This document shows, piece after piece, positions 1-6,246 of a stretch of 12,876 nt of DNA; position 1 is the first letter of the stretch; each line of letters begins with the position of its first letter. Source of the stretch: Candidatus Krumholzibacteriia bacterium (GTDB lineage Bacteria > Krumholzibacteriota > Krumholzibacteriia > LZORAL124-64-63); contig JAZBOO010000023.1 of assembly GCA_036351155.1 (NCBI GenBank), forward strand, positions 1 through 12,876, in the 5' to 3' direction. The position numbers were made by a program, and so were the translations under genes. The notes under the pieces are model-generated. The model was not told the origin of the DNA. It did not search any database and worked only from the letters and a program-made list of their open reading frames with translations.

Positions 1-659
1 CCGGAATCGGTCCCGTTGGAGCAGAAAACCCTGTAGTCCTCAGCATCGACCACAGCAGCCCAGGACACCGTGTTGGTGGTCCCGGCCGTGTAGGTCGGTT
101 CGGGGTTCAGCTCCGGAGCATCCGGAGGCGTGCAATCGACGTCCACGGTGGCGAACTGGCCAAGGAAGCCCGTGTAGAGGTTGCTACCCCCACCATCGTT
201 TTCCAGAAGAGTGATGCCCGTGAAAATCAACTCACCGGTCCCCGTGCCGTCGCCTTGCATGGTGATGGAGAAGAGATCCGCTTCGGTTTCGGCTGCAATG
301 GGGTCGCCGGCCAGCGTGGCGCCATCCACCGAGATCTGGTAAGGCCCGGTGCCGTCCACACCGAAGATCGAGCCGGCCCAGTCCAGCTTGGTGACGCTGG
401 GATGGGGGTAACCGTCACTGTCATCGAAAATGAGGTAATCCCCCAGGCCATTCTCGATCTGGAAACTGAAAGCTCTCAGTTCGCCGAGATAGCCGTTGGG
501 GTCATAGTGAACGGTGAATGTGACTTCTTCACCGCAAGCGATGGGACCAAGATTGTCCTGCGTCACGGTGATGATGGGGTCCTGAGCAAATGAAGCAGCA
601 GCAAAAGATGTCAGAATCAATGCCAGGACCAGGGTGATGAGTAAATTCGTTCTTTTCAC
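1..659 (-). CDS. Secreted beta-rich protein, 5' part only (runs off the left edge): Sec signal peptide, cohesin-like domain, start of an FN3-like domain
   Basis: Not in the ORF track because there is no stop in the window. Manual translation from GTG at 659 (GGAGG 7 nt upstream) is open to position 1: MKRTNLLITLVLALILTSFAAASFA|QDPIITVTQDNLGPIACGEEVTFTVHYD...LRAFSFQIE...DLFSITMQGDGTGTGELIFTGITLLEND...VDCTPPDAPELNPEPTYTAGTTNTVSWAAVVDAEDYRVFCS. The signal peptide is clear. Domain names are pattern recognition only. Confidence 0.85.
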   Translation of the reverse strand, partial: MKRTNLLITLVLALILTSFAAASFAQDPIITVTQDNLGPIACGEEVTFTVHYDPNGYLGELRAFSFQIENGLGDYLIFDDSDGYPHPSVTKLDWAGSIFGVDGTGPYQISVDGATLAGDPIAAETEADLFSITMQGDGTGTGELIFTGITLLENDGGGSNLYTGFLGQFATVDVDCTPPDAPELNPEPTYTAGTTNTVSWAAVVDAEDYRVFCSNGTDS

Positions 660-796
660 AACGAAACCTCCCTAAATGGGTCACTGGGCGAGCATGAGAA
701 TCGCAGTGGGAACAGTACGTGGTAAACCCAATTCATCGTTTTTGAAGTGGGCACCCCCCCCTTTGGCTGGCTCCGGTGGCGGTGCCTCCCCCACGC

Positions 797-837
797 AAAA
801 AACGCCGCGTGATCGGTATAGTCCGACCCAGCGGCGC
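797..837 (-). terminator. Putative intrinsic terminator within the region upstream of the secreted-protein gene
   Basis: Minus strand GCGCCGC-TG-GGTCGG-actata-CCGATC-AC-GCGGCGT-TTTTT: a GC-rich stem with a 2x2 internal loop ending in a run of six U. Confidence 0.6.
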
Positions 838-1042
838 CGAAAGCGCAGTGGAAACAATCCCCACAGGAACACGGTCATCGCACGGCATGTGCTGTCCATT
901 CACCCTGATCAAAGATGTACGTATGCAAACACTATTGGGATTGGTATTGGGCGATATTTGGGCAAGAGACAAACGGGGCGAGCCAAGATGTCTTGACTTG
1001 TTTGTCGTGTGTTCTCGGAATCCCCATAACGAGAACGAGAGA

Positions 1043-1072
1043 ACTATATCCACGTTGAAAAAGTTTTTGCAA
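1043..1072 (-). promoter_or_regulatory. Putative sigma70-type promoter
   Basis: Minus strand TTGCAA (1072-1067), 18-nt spacer, TATAGT (1048-1043), with A-tracts immediately upstream (UP-element-like). Predicted +1 is near 1036. Confidence 0.55.
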
Positions 1073-1138
1073 GCCGGTTTTGAAACTTTTTTTTGAAAAG
1101 CCCACTCGCGATTTTGTTAGGTTTTATTTCACGGGGAG

Positions 1139-1558
1139 TTACTTCTTATCAGAAGTCTTTTTCAATAGAAGAATGATCTGCTGGAAGCCCGCTGCGAGCC
1201 CGAGCAACACACCGATGACCATCCCCCACGGCTTGATATCCCACTGCTTTTCCACCAGCCAGCCCAGCCCGTAACCCACCGCCGGACCGGCAAGCATGAG
1301 CATGGGAATGAGGGTGTAGGAGCCCATATCTCTGAGCTGACGTCCTGTTTTGTCATCGAATCGCGCCGTCAACCTGTTGCGCCCCATGGCCTTGCGTGAC
1401 GCACGCTCCTTGCGCATGCGGTCGCGCATGTCGTGGACTTTTTTCAAGTCGGGTCGTTCGGGAAAGCCCTCGGGCAACGAGGAGTCCCTGGGCGCGTCCT
1501 CGGCCCACCAGGGAAGAGTCTTGTCGGAGGGTGGTTTATTTTCACGGTCGTTCGTCAT
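1139..1558 (-). CDS. AtpZ/AtpI-family (ATPase gene 1) small two-TM membrane protein with a charged N-terminal extension, ~139 aa
   Basis: C-terminal part of track ORF 1139..1999. IPMLMLAGPAVGYGLGWLVEKQWDIKPWGMVIGVLLGLAAGF matches the G..G..lD......P.....G...G pattern of this family. Start set at ATG 1558, downstream of the terminator at 1592-1626. The upstream part of the track ORF overlaps the bactofilin gene out of frame. Confidence 0.75.
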   Translation of the reverse strand: MTNDRENKPPSDKTLPWWAEDAPRDSSLPEGFPERPDLKKVHDMRDRMRKERASRKAMGRNRLTARFDDKTGRQLRDMGSYTLIPMLMLAGPAVGYGLGWLVEKQWDIKPWGMVIGVLLGLAAGFQQIILLLKKTSDKK

Positions 1559-1564
1559 GGGATG

Positions 1565-1593
1565 ATTAAACCTCCGAACCCGGGCGGTGTCAA
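1565..1593 (-). promoter_or_regulatory. Putative sigma70-type promoter for the atpZ/I-like gene, overlapping the U-tract of the upstream terminator
   Basis: TTGACA (1593-1588), 17-nt spacer, TTTAAT (1570-1565). The -35 is perfect but the -10 lacks the conserved second-position A. Confidence 0.45.
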
Positions 1594-1626
1594 AAAAAGC
1601 CTCGCCAATCAGATGATCAGCGAGGC
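1592..1626 (-). terminator. Intrinsic terminator downstream of the bactofilin gene
   Basis: Minus strand GCCTCGCTGATC-atct-GATTGGCGAGGC-TTTTTTT: a 12-bp stem (2 G-U pairs) plus U7, 20 nt after the stop codon. Confidence 0.85.
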
Positions 1627-1646
1627 CTTGAACAGTCCCGAGGACC

Positions 1647-2054
1647 TTACTTTTTCTCTTCGTGCTTGGGCGGAGCCAGAGGCGGAGTGGTCTTCCGGTT
1701 GCCCGAGCCCATGGAACAGTTGCCCTCGAAGAACACGCCCTCGTCGATGACCAGACGCTTGGTCTTGATGTCGCCTTCGACGTGAGAACCGCTCTGCAGT
1801 TCGATCTTGTTCTCGGCGGTGATGTTGCCGATGAGCTGGCCGCCGATGATGGCGTTCTTGACGTTGACGCTGGCGTGCACCACGCCGGTCTTGCCGATGA
1901 CCAGGCTTTCGGGCGTGGCGATGGTGCCCTTGAACTCACCTTCGATACGCAGCGTGCCGGCCACTTCGACCTTGCCGTCGAACTTGGCCCCCTGGGCAAT
2001 GATGGAAGTCTGGCCAGCGCTCACGGTCGTGTTTTCCGGTTCTTTTCCGAACAT
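1647..2054 (-). CDS. Bactofilin (polymer-forming cytoskeletal protein, CcmA/BacA family), 135 aa
   Basis: Beta-helix signature TSIIAQGAKFDGKV...LRIEGEFKGTI...LVIGKTGVV...IELQSGSHVEGDIKTKRLVIDEGVFFEGNCSM, N-terminal MFGK, and strong SD AAGGAGG upstream. Confidence 0.95.
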   Translation of the reverse strand: MFGKEPENTTVSAGQTSIIAQGAKFDGKVEVAGTLRIEGEFKGTIATPESLVIGKTGVVHASVNVKNAIIGGQLIGNITAENKIELQSGSHVEGDIKTKRLVIDEGVFFEGNCSMGSGNRKTTPPLAPPKHEEKK

Positions 2055-2067
2055 CGTGTTCCTCCTT

Positions 2068-2085
2068 GGCCCCGTCGGCGGGGCC
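2068..2085. other. GC-rich hairpin immediately 5' of the bactofilin ribosome-binding site
   Basis: GGCCCCG-tcgg-CGGGGCC is a perfect 7-bp inverted repeat with no U-tract. Confidence 0.6.
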
Positions 2086-2114
2086 GCCGGGTCAGACGAT
2101 CAATTGTAGTTTCC

Positions 2115-2930
2115 CTACTTCAACGGCGGATTTCCGATCAGGAATTTGCGCGGATCCACGGCCTCGCCCTGTTGCAAAATCTCGAAATGCAGGTGCGGCG
2201 CGCTGGTTTGGCCGGTTTGGCCGACATAGGCAATCAGCTGACCGCCTTCGACCCTGTCCCCCTCGCCCACCGCAATGCGATTGCAGTGCCCATACACAGT
2301 TAGGTAACCCAAACCATGCTGGATTTCAACAAAGTTTCCCAGGAAATCGTCGGTTCCGGTCCGCGCCACCAGGCCTGGACCGGCCGCCACCACGGGTGTA
2401 TCGGTGGCCGCAGCAATATCGATACCCAAATGGGGCTTGATTCCGCTGGGCAGATTACCCTCAATGTACTCGCGGGTTACCAAACCCGCAGTGGGCCATC
2501 GAGAAGGGGCCGGACTGAGGGAAACAGCCGCCGCCCGGTTCAAGGCCTGGACCGAAGATCCGGGGTCATTTTCCAGCCAGGACAGCACAGAATCGGCCTC
2601 CGCTGGTGTGGATTCCTCCACCCCCAGCATGAAAAGCAGCCGCGCCTGAAGACTTTGCATGATCAACAGTTCCTGGCGCAGGTCAGTGCTCAATTGTTCC
2701 ACGAGGTCGGCGCGGGACCGGGCCGCGGCCAGCTCCTCTTCCAGAGAAGCGATGCGCCCGCGCTCATCGGTCTGCCGCGCAAAGGACAGCATCAGCAAGG
2801 CCACCAGCAACAGGAAGGCCACCACCAGGGTCACCAGCGTGATCACCATGGGGCGGGTGATGCCGTACTCGCGGCTGGGCCGCTCGTCGGACGGAATCAG
2901 AACAATGCGCGTGCGGGATGGGATACCCAA
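2115..2930 (-). CDS. M23-family (LytM) metallopeptidase with an N-terminal TM helix and coiled coil, 271 aa
   Basis: Zinc motifs HLGID (HxxxD) and APHLHFE (HxH), plus YGHC and VDPRKFL. TM segment MVITLVTLVVAFLLLVALLMLSF is followed by a heptad-rich region. TTG start with AGAGG 5 nt upstream. Confidence 0.92.
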   Translation of the reverse strand: MGIPSRTRIVLIPSDERPSREYGITRPMVITLVTLVVAFLLLVALLMLSFARQTDERGRIASLEEELAAARSRADLVEQLSTDLRQELLIMQSLQARLLFMLGVEESTPAEADSVLSWLENDPGSSVQALNRAAAVSLSPAPSRWPTAGLVTREYIEGNLPSGIKPHLGIDIAAATDTPVVAAGPGLVARTGTDDFLGNFVEIQHGLGYLTVYGHCNRIAVGEGDRVEGGQLIAYVGQTGQTSAPHLHFEILQQGEAVDPRKFLIGNPPLK

Positions 2931-2944
2931 GCTTGCCTCTCTTT

Positions 2945-4333
2945 TCAGTCGCCGTCGTCGATCAGGTTTTCGCTGGCCGACGATTCCCGCGCCTCGGGAA
3001 AAGTCAGAAGGAACGTGGTGCCCCGGCCGGGTGCGCTTTCGACCTCGATCCGTCCCCCATGTTCATGCACGATGCGGGCCACGATGGACAACCCCAGGCC
3101 CGTGCCCTTGCCGTAATCCTTGGTGGTGAAGAAGGGCAGGAAAACCTGCTGCAAGTCTTCCTCGGAAATGCCTTCGCCCGTGTCGCTGAAGCGCACCAGA
3201 ACTTCGCCCGGATCACCCTGGGTGATCACCACCTTGATCTGTCCGCCGTCGCTCATCGCATCGAGGGCATTGGCCAGCAGGTTGAAGAACACCTGCTCGA
3301 TCTCGTTGCGATTGCCGTGGACCCAGCTGTCCCGCTGCTCGTCCACCACGAGCTCCACGCCACCCACCTTCAGGCTCTTGTCCATGAGGTAGGCCGTGTC
3401 GTGAATGACCTCCGAAAGATTGGTCCGCCCGCGGCCGCTTCCCGTGGGGCGCGCAAAGTTGAGCAGCCCCTTGATGATGCCCCGGCACTGTTCGGTTTGG
3501 CGGATGATGCGGCGAATGTCCTCGGCCGTATCTTCATCATCCACATCCTCTTCCACCATCTGGGCAGACAGCAGAATGGACCCCAGCGGCGTGTTCAACT
3601 GATGCGCGATACCTGCCGCCAGCTGCCCGATGCCCGCCAGTTTTTCCGTTTCGCCCATGCGTGTTTCCAGCTGCTTTTGCGAGGTGATGTCGCGGGCGAT
3701 GACCACGAATGAATCGCTCTGCTCGGCCAGCGCCCCGGAGTCCGGACGGATGCACGACACGGTCAAATCGAGCACCCTCTGCCCTGGTCCGGGTGGACCG
3801 AGACGCACCTCGTAACTCAGGGTGCGGTGGGTGCGCACCACATCGGCGAAGGCGCGGCCCAGGTCCAGGTTCAAGTCGAGGTGCAGGTCGTTCAGCTTGT
3901 TGTTCAGCACCGTGCGCCGCGGCAAGCTGAACAGTTCCTCGGCGGCCTTGTTCCACTCGAGAACCACTTCGTTCTGGTCGAGCAAAAAAATGGCTTCGCC
4001 CGCGTGATTGATGATGGTGCGGTACTTGTGTTCCGACCGACGCAGGCGGATGTGCGAGAACTCGCGCAGGCGCAATCTGAAGTAGGCACTCCAGCCGAGG
4101 ATGAGAAGGAAGGCCTGAAAAAAGCCCGTGCGCGTGCTGTCCAGGAACGCCTTGCCCGACTGCCATTCAATGTCCCACAGTTGTTTCAGGCTGCCGGCTT
4201 TTTGATACCCCACGGTCAGCTGGTGGACATTGAAGATGAAGAACGCCGCGGTGGCCACGGCCAGGACGGTGAGCAACGCCTGCAGGGTGAACACCCGGCC
4301 CGGCTGGCGAATCTTGCGCAGGAAATGGGGCAT
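2945..4333 (-). CDS. Membrane-bound PAS-domain sensor histidine kinase (HisKA/HATPase_c, NtrB-like), ~462 aa
   Basis: Two TM helices; PAS domain (KYRTIINHAGEAIFLLD...WNKAAEELF...IARDIT); H-box AGIAHQLNTPL; N-box QVFFNLLANALDA; G1 DTGEGI; F-box FLPFFTTK; G2 GTGLGL. ATG 4333 is preferred over the track GTG 4375, which lies inside parB. Confidence 0.92.
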   Translation of the reverse strand: MPHFLRKIRQPGRVFTLQALLTVLAVATAAFFIFNVHQLTVGYQKAGSLKQLWDIEWQSGKAFLDSTRTGFFQAFLLILGWSAYFRLRLREFSHIRLRRSEHKYRTIINHAGEAIFLLDQNEVVLEWNKAAEELFSLPRRTVLNNKLNDLHLDLNLDLGRAFADVVRTHRTLSYEVRLGPPGPGQRVLDLTVSCIRPDSGALAEQSDSFVVIARDITSQKQLETRMGETEKLAGIGQLAAGIAHQLNTPLGSILLSAQMVEEDVDDEDTAEDIRRIIRQTEQCRGIIKGLLNFARPTGSGRGRTNLSEVIHDTAYLMDKSLKVGGVELVVDEQRDSWVHGNRNEIEQVFFNLLANALDAMSDGGQIKVVITQGDPGEVLVRFSDTGEGISEEDLQQVFLPFFTTKDYGKGTGLGLSIVARIVHEHGGRIEVESAPGRGTTFLLTFPEARESSASENLIDDGD

Positions 4334-4352
4334 CAAGACCACCGGTTTCGGG

Positions 4353-5306
4353 TTAATCCAGGTTCGTATCCACACCCATGGCCGCCAGGATACGGATCAG
4401 ATCATCGTCGGAAAAAAAGCGCACGCTGATGGACCCCTTGCCCTCCTTGGGATCTCGCTCGATGGCCACCGGCGAACCGAAGCGCTGCTCCATGCGGTCG
4501 ATCAGGGCGCGGACCGCCGGGTCGGTTTGCTGGGCACCGGCCCTGGCCTTCCGCTTCCCGCGGGAAGGCTTGGCCCCCCCGGACTGCACCCGACGCTCGC
4601 ATTCCCGAACCGATAACCCCCTGCTATGACACAACTTGGCCAACTGAAGCCGGCCCGGCCCCGGAGGCATACCCAGCAGGACCTTGGCGTGTCCGCGCGA
4701 AATATTGCCCTGTTCCAGCAGGGAAAGGATGTCGGCCTCCAGGGTGAGGATGCGCAGCATGTTGGCCACGCTGCTGCGCTTCTTGCCCAGCATTTCGGCC
4801 AGCTCTTCCTGGGTGGCGCCGTAGGAATTCATGAGTCCGCGGTAGGCTTCGGCCTCTTCCACCGGTCCCAGATCCTCGCGCTGGATGTTCTCCAGCAGGG
4901 CCACCTTCAAGGCCTCGGTTTCCTCGTAGGTGCAGACGATCACCGGCACCGCGGCCAGTCCGGCCAGCCGGGCGGCCCGCACCCGTCGCTCACCGGCCAC
5001 CACGCAGTATCTCAGCTCGCCGGGATGGGCTTCGCTGTCGGGATGAGGCTGGGCCTGGCCGGCCCCGGATATGCGGCGGACCAGAACCGGCTGAAGAATA
5101 CCAACCTGGCGGACGGAATCCGACAACTCCTCTAACTTGCTGTCATCAAAATATTTACGCGGCTGCTGGGGGTTGAAGCCGATGTGGTCGAGCGGGATGC
5201 TCTGGACGCCCAGGGTTTCCTGATCCGACTGGGGCACCCCCCTGAGGTCTGCCCCCTGGATCAACGCCGACAACCCTTTGCCGAGGACTCGATTTCTGCT
5301 CATCAT
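4353..5306 (-). CDS. parB: Chromosome partitioning protein ParB/Spo0J
   Basis: N-terminal LGKGLSALI, NPQQPRKYF, GILQPVLVR, GERR CTPase motif, ENIQREDL, HTH TQEELAEMLGKKRSSVANMLR, and SRGHAK. Confidence 0.97.
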   Translation of the reverse strand: MMSRNRVLGKGLSALIQGADLRGVPQSDQETLGVQSIPLDHIGFNPQQPRKYFDDSKLEELSDSVRQVGILQPVLVRRISGAGQAQPHPDSEAHPGELRYCVVAGERRVRAARLAGLAAVPVIVCTYEETEALKVALLENIQREDLGPVEEAEAYRGLMNSYGATQEELAEMLGKKRSSVANMLRILTLEADILSLLEQGNISRGHAKVLLGMPPGPGRLQLAKLCHSRGLSVRECERRVQSGGAKPSRGKRKARAGAQQTDPAVRALIDRMEQRFGSPVAIERDPKEGKGSISVRFFSDDDLIRILAAMGVDTNLD

Positions 5307-5318
5307 CGGACCAACTTC

Positions 5319-6077
5319 CTAAGGATTCTTGGCGATAACCTCTTGGGCCAATTCAAGATAGCTCTTTGCCCCCACACACTCCACATCGTACAGCAAGATG
5401 GGCTTGCCAAATGATGGCGCCTCGCTCAGCCGGACATTGCGGGGAATCTTGGTTTCGTAGACGGTGTCCCCGAAGAAATCGATGGCTTCTTCGGCCACCT
5501 GGTTGGAAAGGCGCAGACGGCGGTCATACATGGTCAGCACCACGCCCTCCAGCCTCAGGTTGGGATTGAGCCCCCGCTGAACCAGCTGGACCGTGCTGAG
5601 CAGCTGACTCAACCCCTCGAGGGCATAATACTCGCACTGAATGGGGATCAACACCGTGTGGGCGGCGGTCAGGGCATTCAAGGTCAGCATGCCCAGGCTG
5701 GGCGGGGTGTCGATGAACACGAAGTCATAGCGGTCCATCACCTCGCTGAAAGCCCTCTTCAGAAAGTGTTCCCGGCGCTCTTCCGCCACCAGTTCCACCT
5801 CGGCTCCGGCCAGACGGCGATCCGAGGGCACGATATCCAGGAAGGGCAAATGGGTGTTTTGCACGCATTCGTTCAGGGTTGCTGAACCCAACAACAACTC
5901 ATAACTGCTTGACCCGTTGGGCATTACACCGACACCACTGGAGGCGTTTCCCTGGGGGTCCAGGTCGACCAGAAGGGTGCGTTTTTCGGCGACAGCCAGG
6001 CTGGCACTGAGGTTCACGGCGGTGGTTGTCTTGCCCACGCCACCCTTCTGATTGGATATGGCAATAATTTTGGTCAC
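5319..6077 (-). CDS. parA: Chromosome partitioning ATPase ParA/Soj, 252 aa
   Basis: Deviant Walker A NQKGGVGKTTT, DLDPQGN, IDTPPSLG, QCEYYALEG and IPRNVRLSEAPSFG. GTG start. Confidence 0.97.
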   Translation of the reverse strand: MTKIIAISNQKGGVGKTTTAVNLSASLAVAEKRTLLVDLDPQGNASSGVGVMPNGSSSYELLLGSATLNECVQNTHLPFLDIVPSDRRLAGAEVELVAEERREHFLKRAFSEVMDRYDFVFIDTPPSLGMLTLNALTAAHTVLIPIQCEYYALEGLSQLLSTVQLVQRGLNPNLRLEGVVLTMYDRRLRLSNQVAEEAIDFFGDTVYETKIPRNVRLSEAPSFGKPILLYDVECVGAKSYLELAQEVIAKNP

Positions 6078-6122
6078 AACTGTGGGCCTTTCCTTGAATC
6101 ATCGATTCGGCACAAGACGAGC

Positions 6123-6152
6123 AATGTACCTTGTTCACCGCCCGACCGTCAA
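6123..6152 (-). promoter_or_regulatory. Putative sigma70-type promoter for parA
   Basis: TTGACG (6152-6147), 18-nt spacer, TACATT (6128-6123), 45 nt upstream of the parA start. The -35 lies inside the imperfect palindrome GACCGTCAAGACGGAC (6144-6159). Confidence 0.6.
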
Positions 6153-6188
6153 GACGGACAGTGGGATCATCGCCAAATCACCGTCGAT

Positions 6189-6204
6189 TGTTCCACGTGG
6201 AACA
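6189..6204. promoter_or_regulatory. parS: parS centromere site 1
   Basis: Perfect 16-bp palindrome TGTTCCACGTGGAACA matching the chromosomal parS consensus, upstream of parAB. Confidence 0.95.
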
Positions 6205-6229
6205 GTGGGAAGTGGGAAGCGCGATGAGA

Positions 6230-6245
6230 TGTTCCACGTGGAACA
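6230..6245. promoter_or_regulatory. parS: parS centromere site 2
   Basis: Second identical TGTTCCACGTGGAACA, 41 bp start-to-start from site 1 and separated by 1 nt from the rsmG stop codon. Confidence 0.95.
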
Positions 6246-6246
6246 A

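Noticed and set aside
227..593. Track ORFs 227..451 (-) and 255..593 (+)
   Set aside because: Both are alternative-frame or antisense shadows of the secreted-protein gene starting at 659.
754..761. C8/G8 homopolymer as a phase-variation tract
   Set aside because: It is short, lies outside the supported coding regions and promoter spacers, and is unremarkable in GC-rich DNA.
700..800. Resemblance to a c-di-GMP-II riboswitch (GGCAC, GGAGCCAG, GTGC, GATGAATTGGGTTTA fragments)
   Set aside because: The fragments are in the wrong order and spacing; a simple hairpin explains the GCACC/GGTGC pairing.
681..899. 72-aa minus-strand ORF crossing the leader terminator (possible leader peptide with a PPP motif)
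   Set aside because: The SD is poorly spaced and the composition is not gene-like. It cannot be supported without ribosome profiling, though it is not excluded.
1040..1138. AT-rich 13-bp periodic region as a possible oriC unwinding element
   Set aside because: No cluster of DnaA boxes was found; the best match noticed, ATATCCACG, has two mismatches to TTATCCACA.
1559..1999. N-terminal extension of track ORF 1139..1999 (possible overlapping gene or frameshift fusion with bactofilin)
   Set aside because: It is an alternative frame of the bactofilin gene and crosses a strong terminator; the family similarity is confined to the part downstream of ATG 1558.
2695..2710. parS-like half sites (TGTTCCACG here and near 9415)
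   Set aside because: Only one arm matches and the palindrome is absent.
6189..6245. Two identical palindromic repeats with a 25-bp spacer as a mini-CRISPR
   Set aside because: The repeats are 16-bp parS consensus sites beside parAB, there are only two copies, and no cas genes are present.
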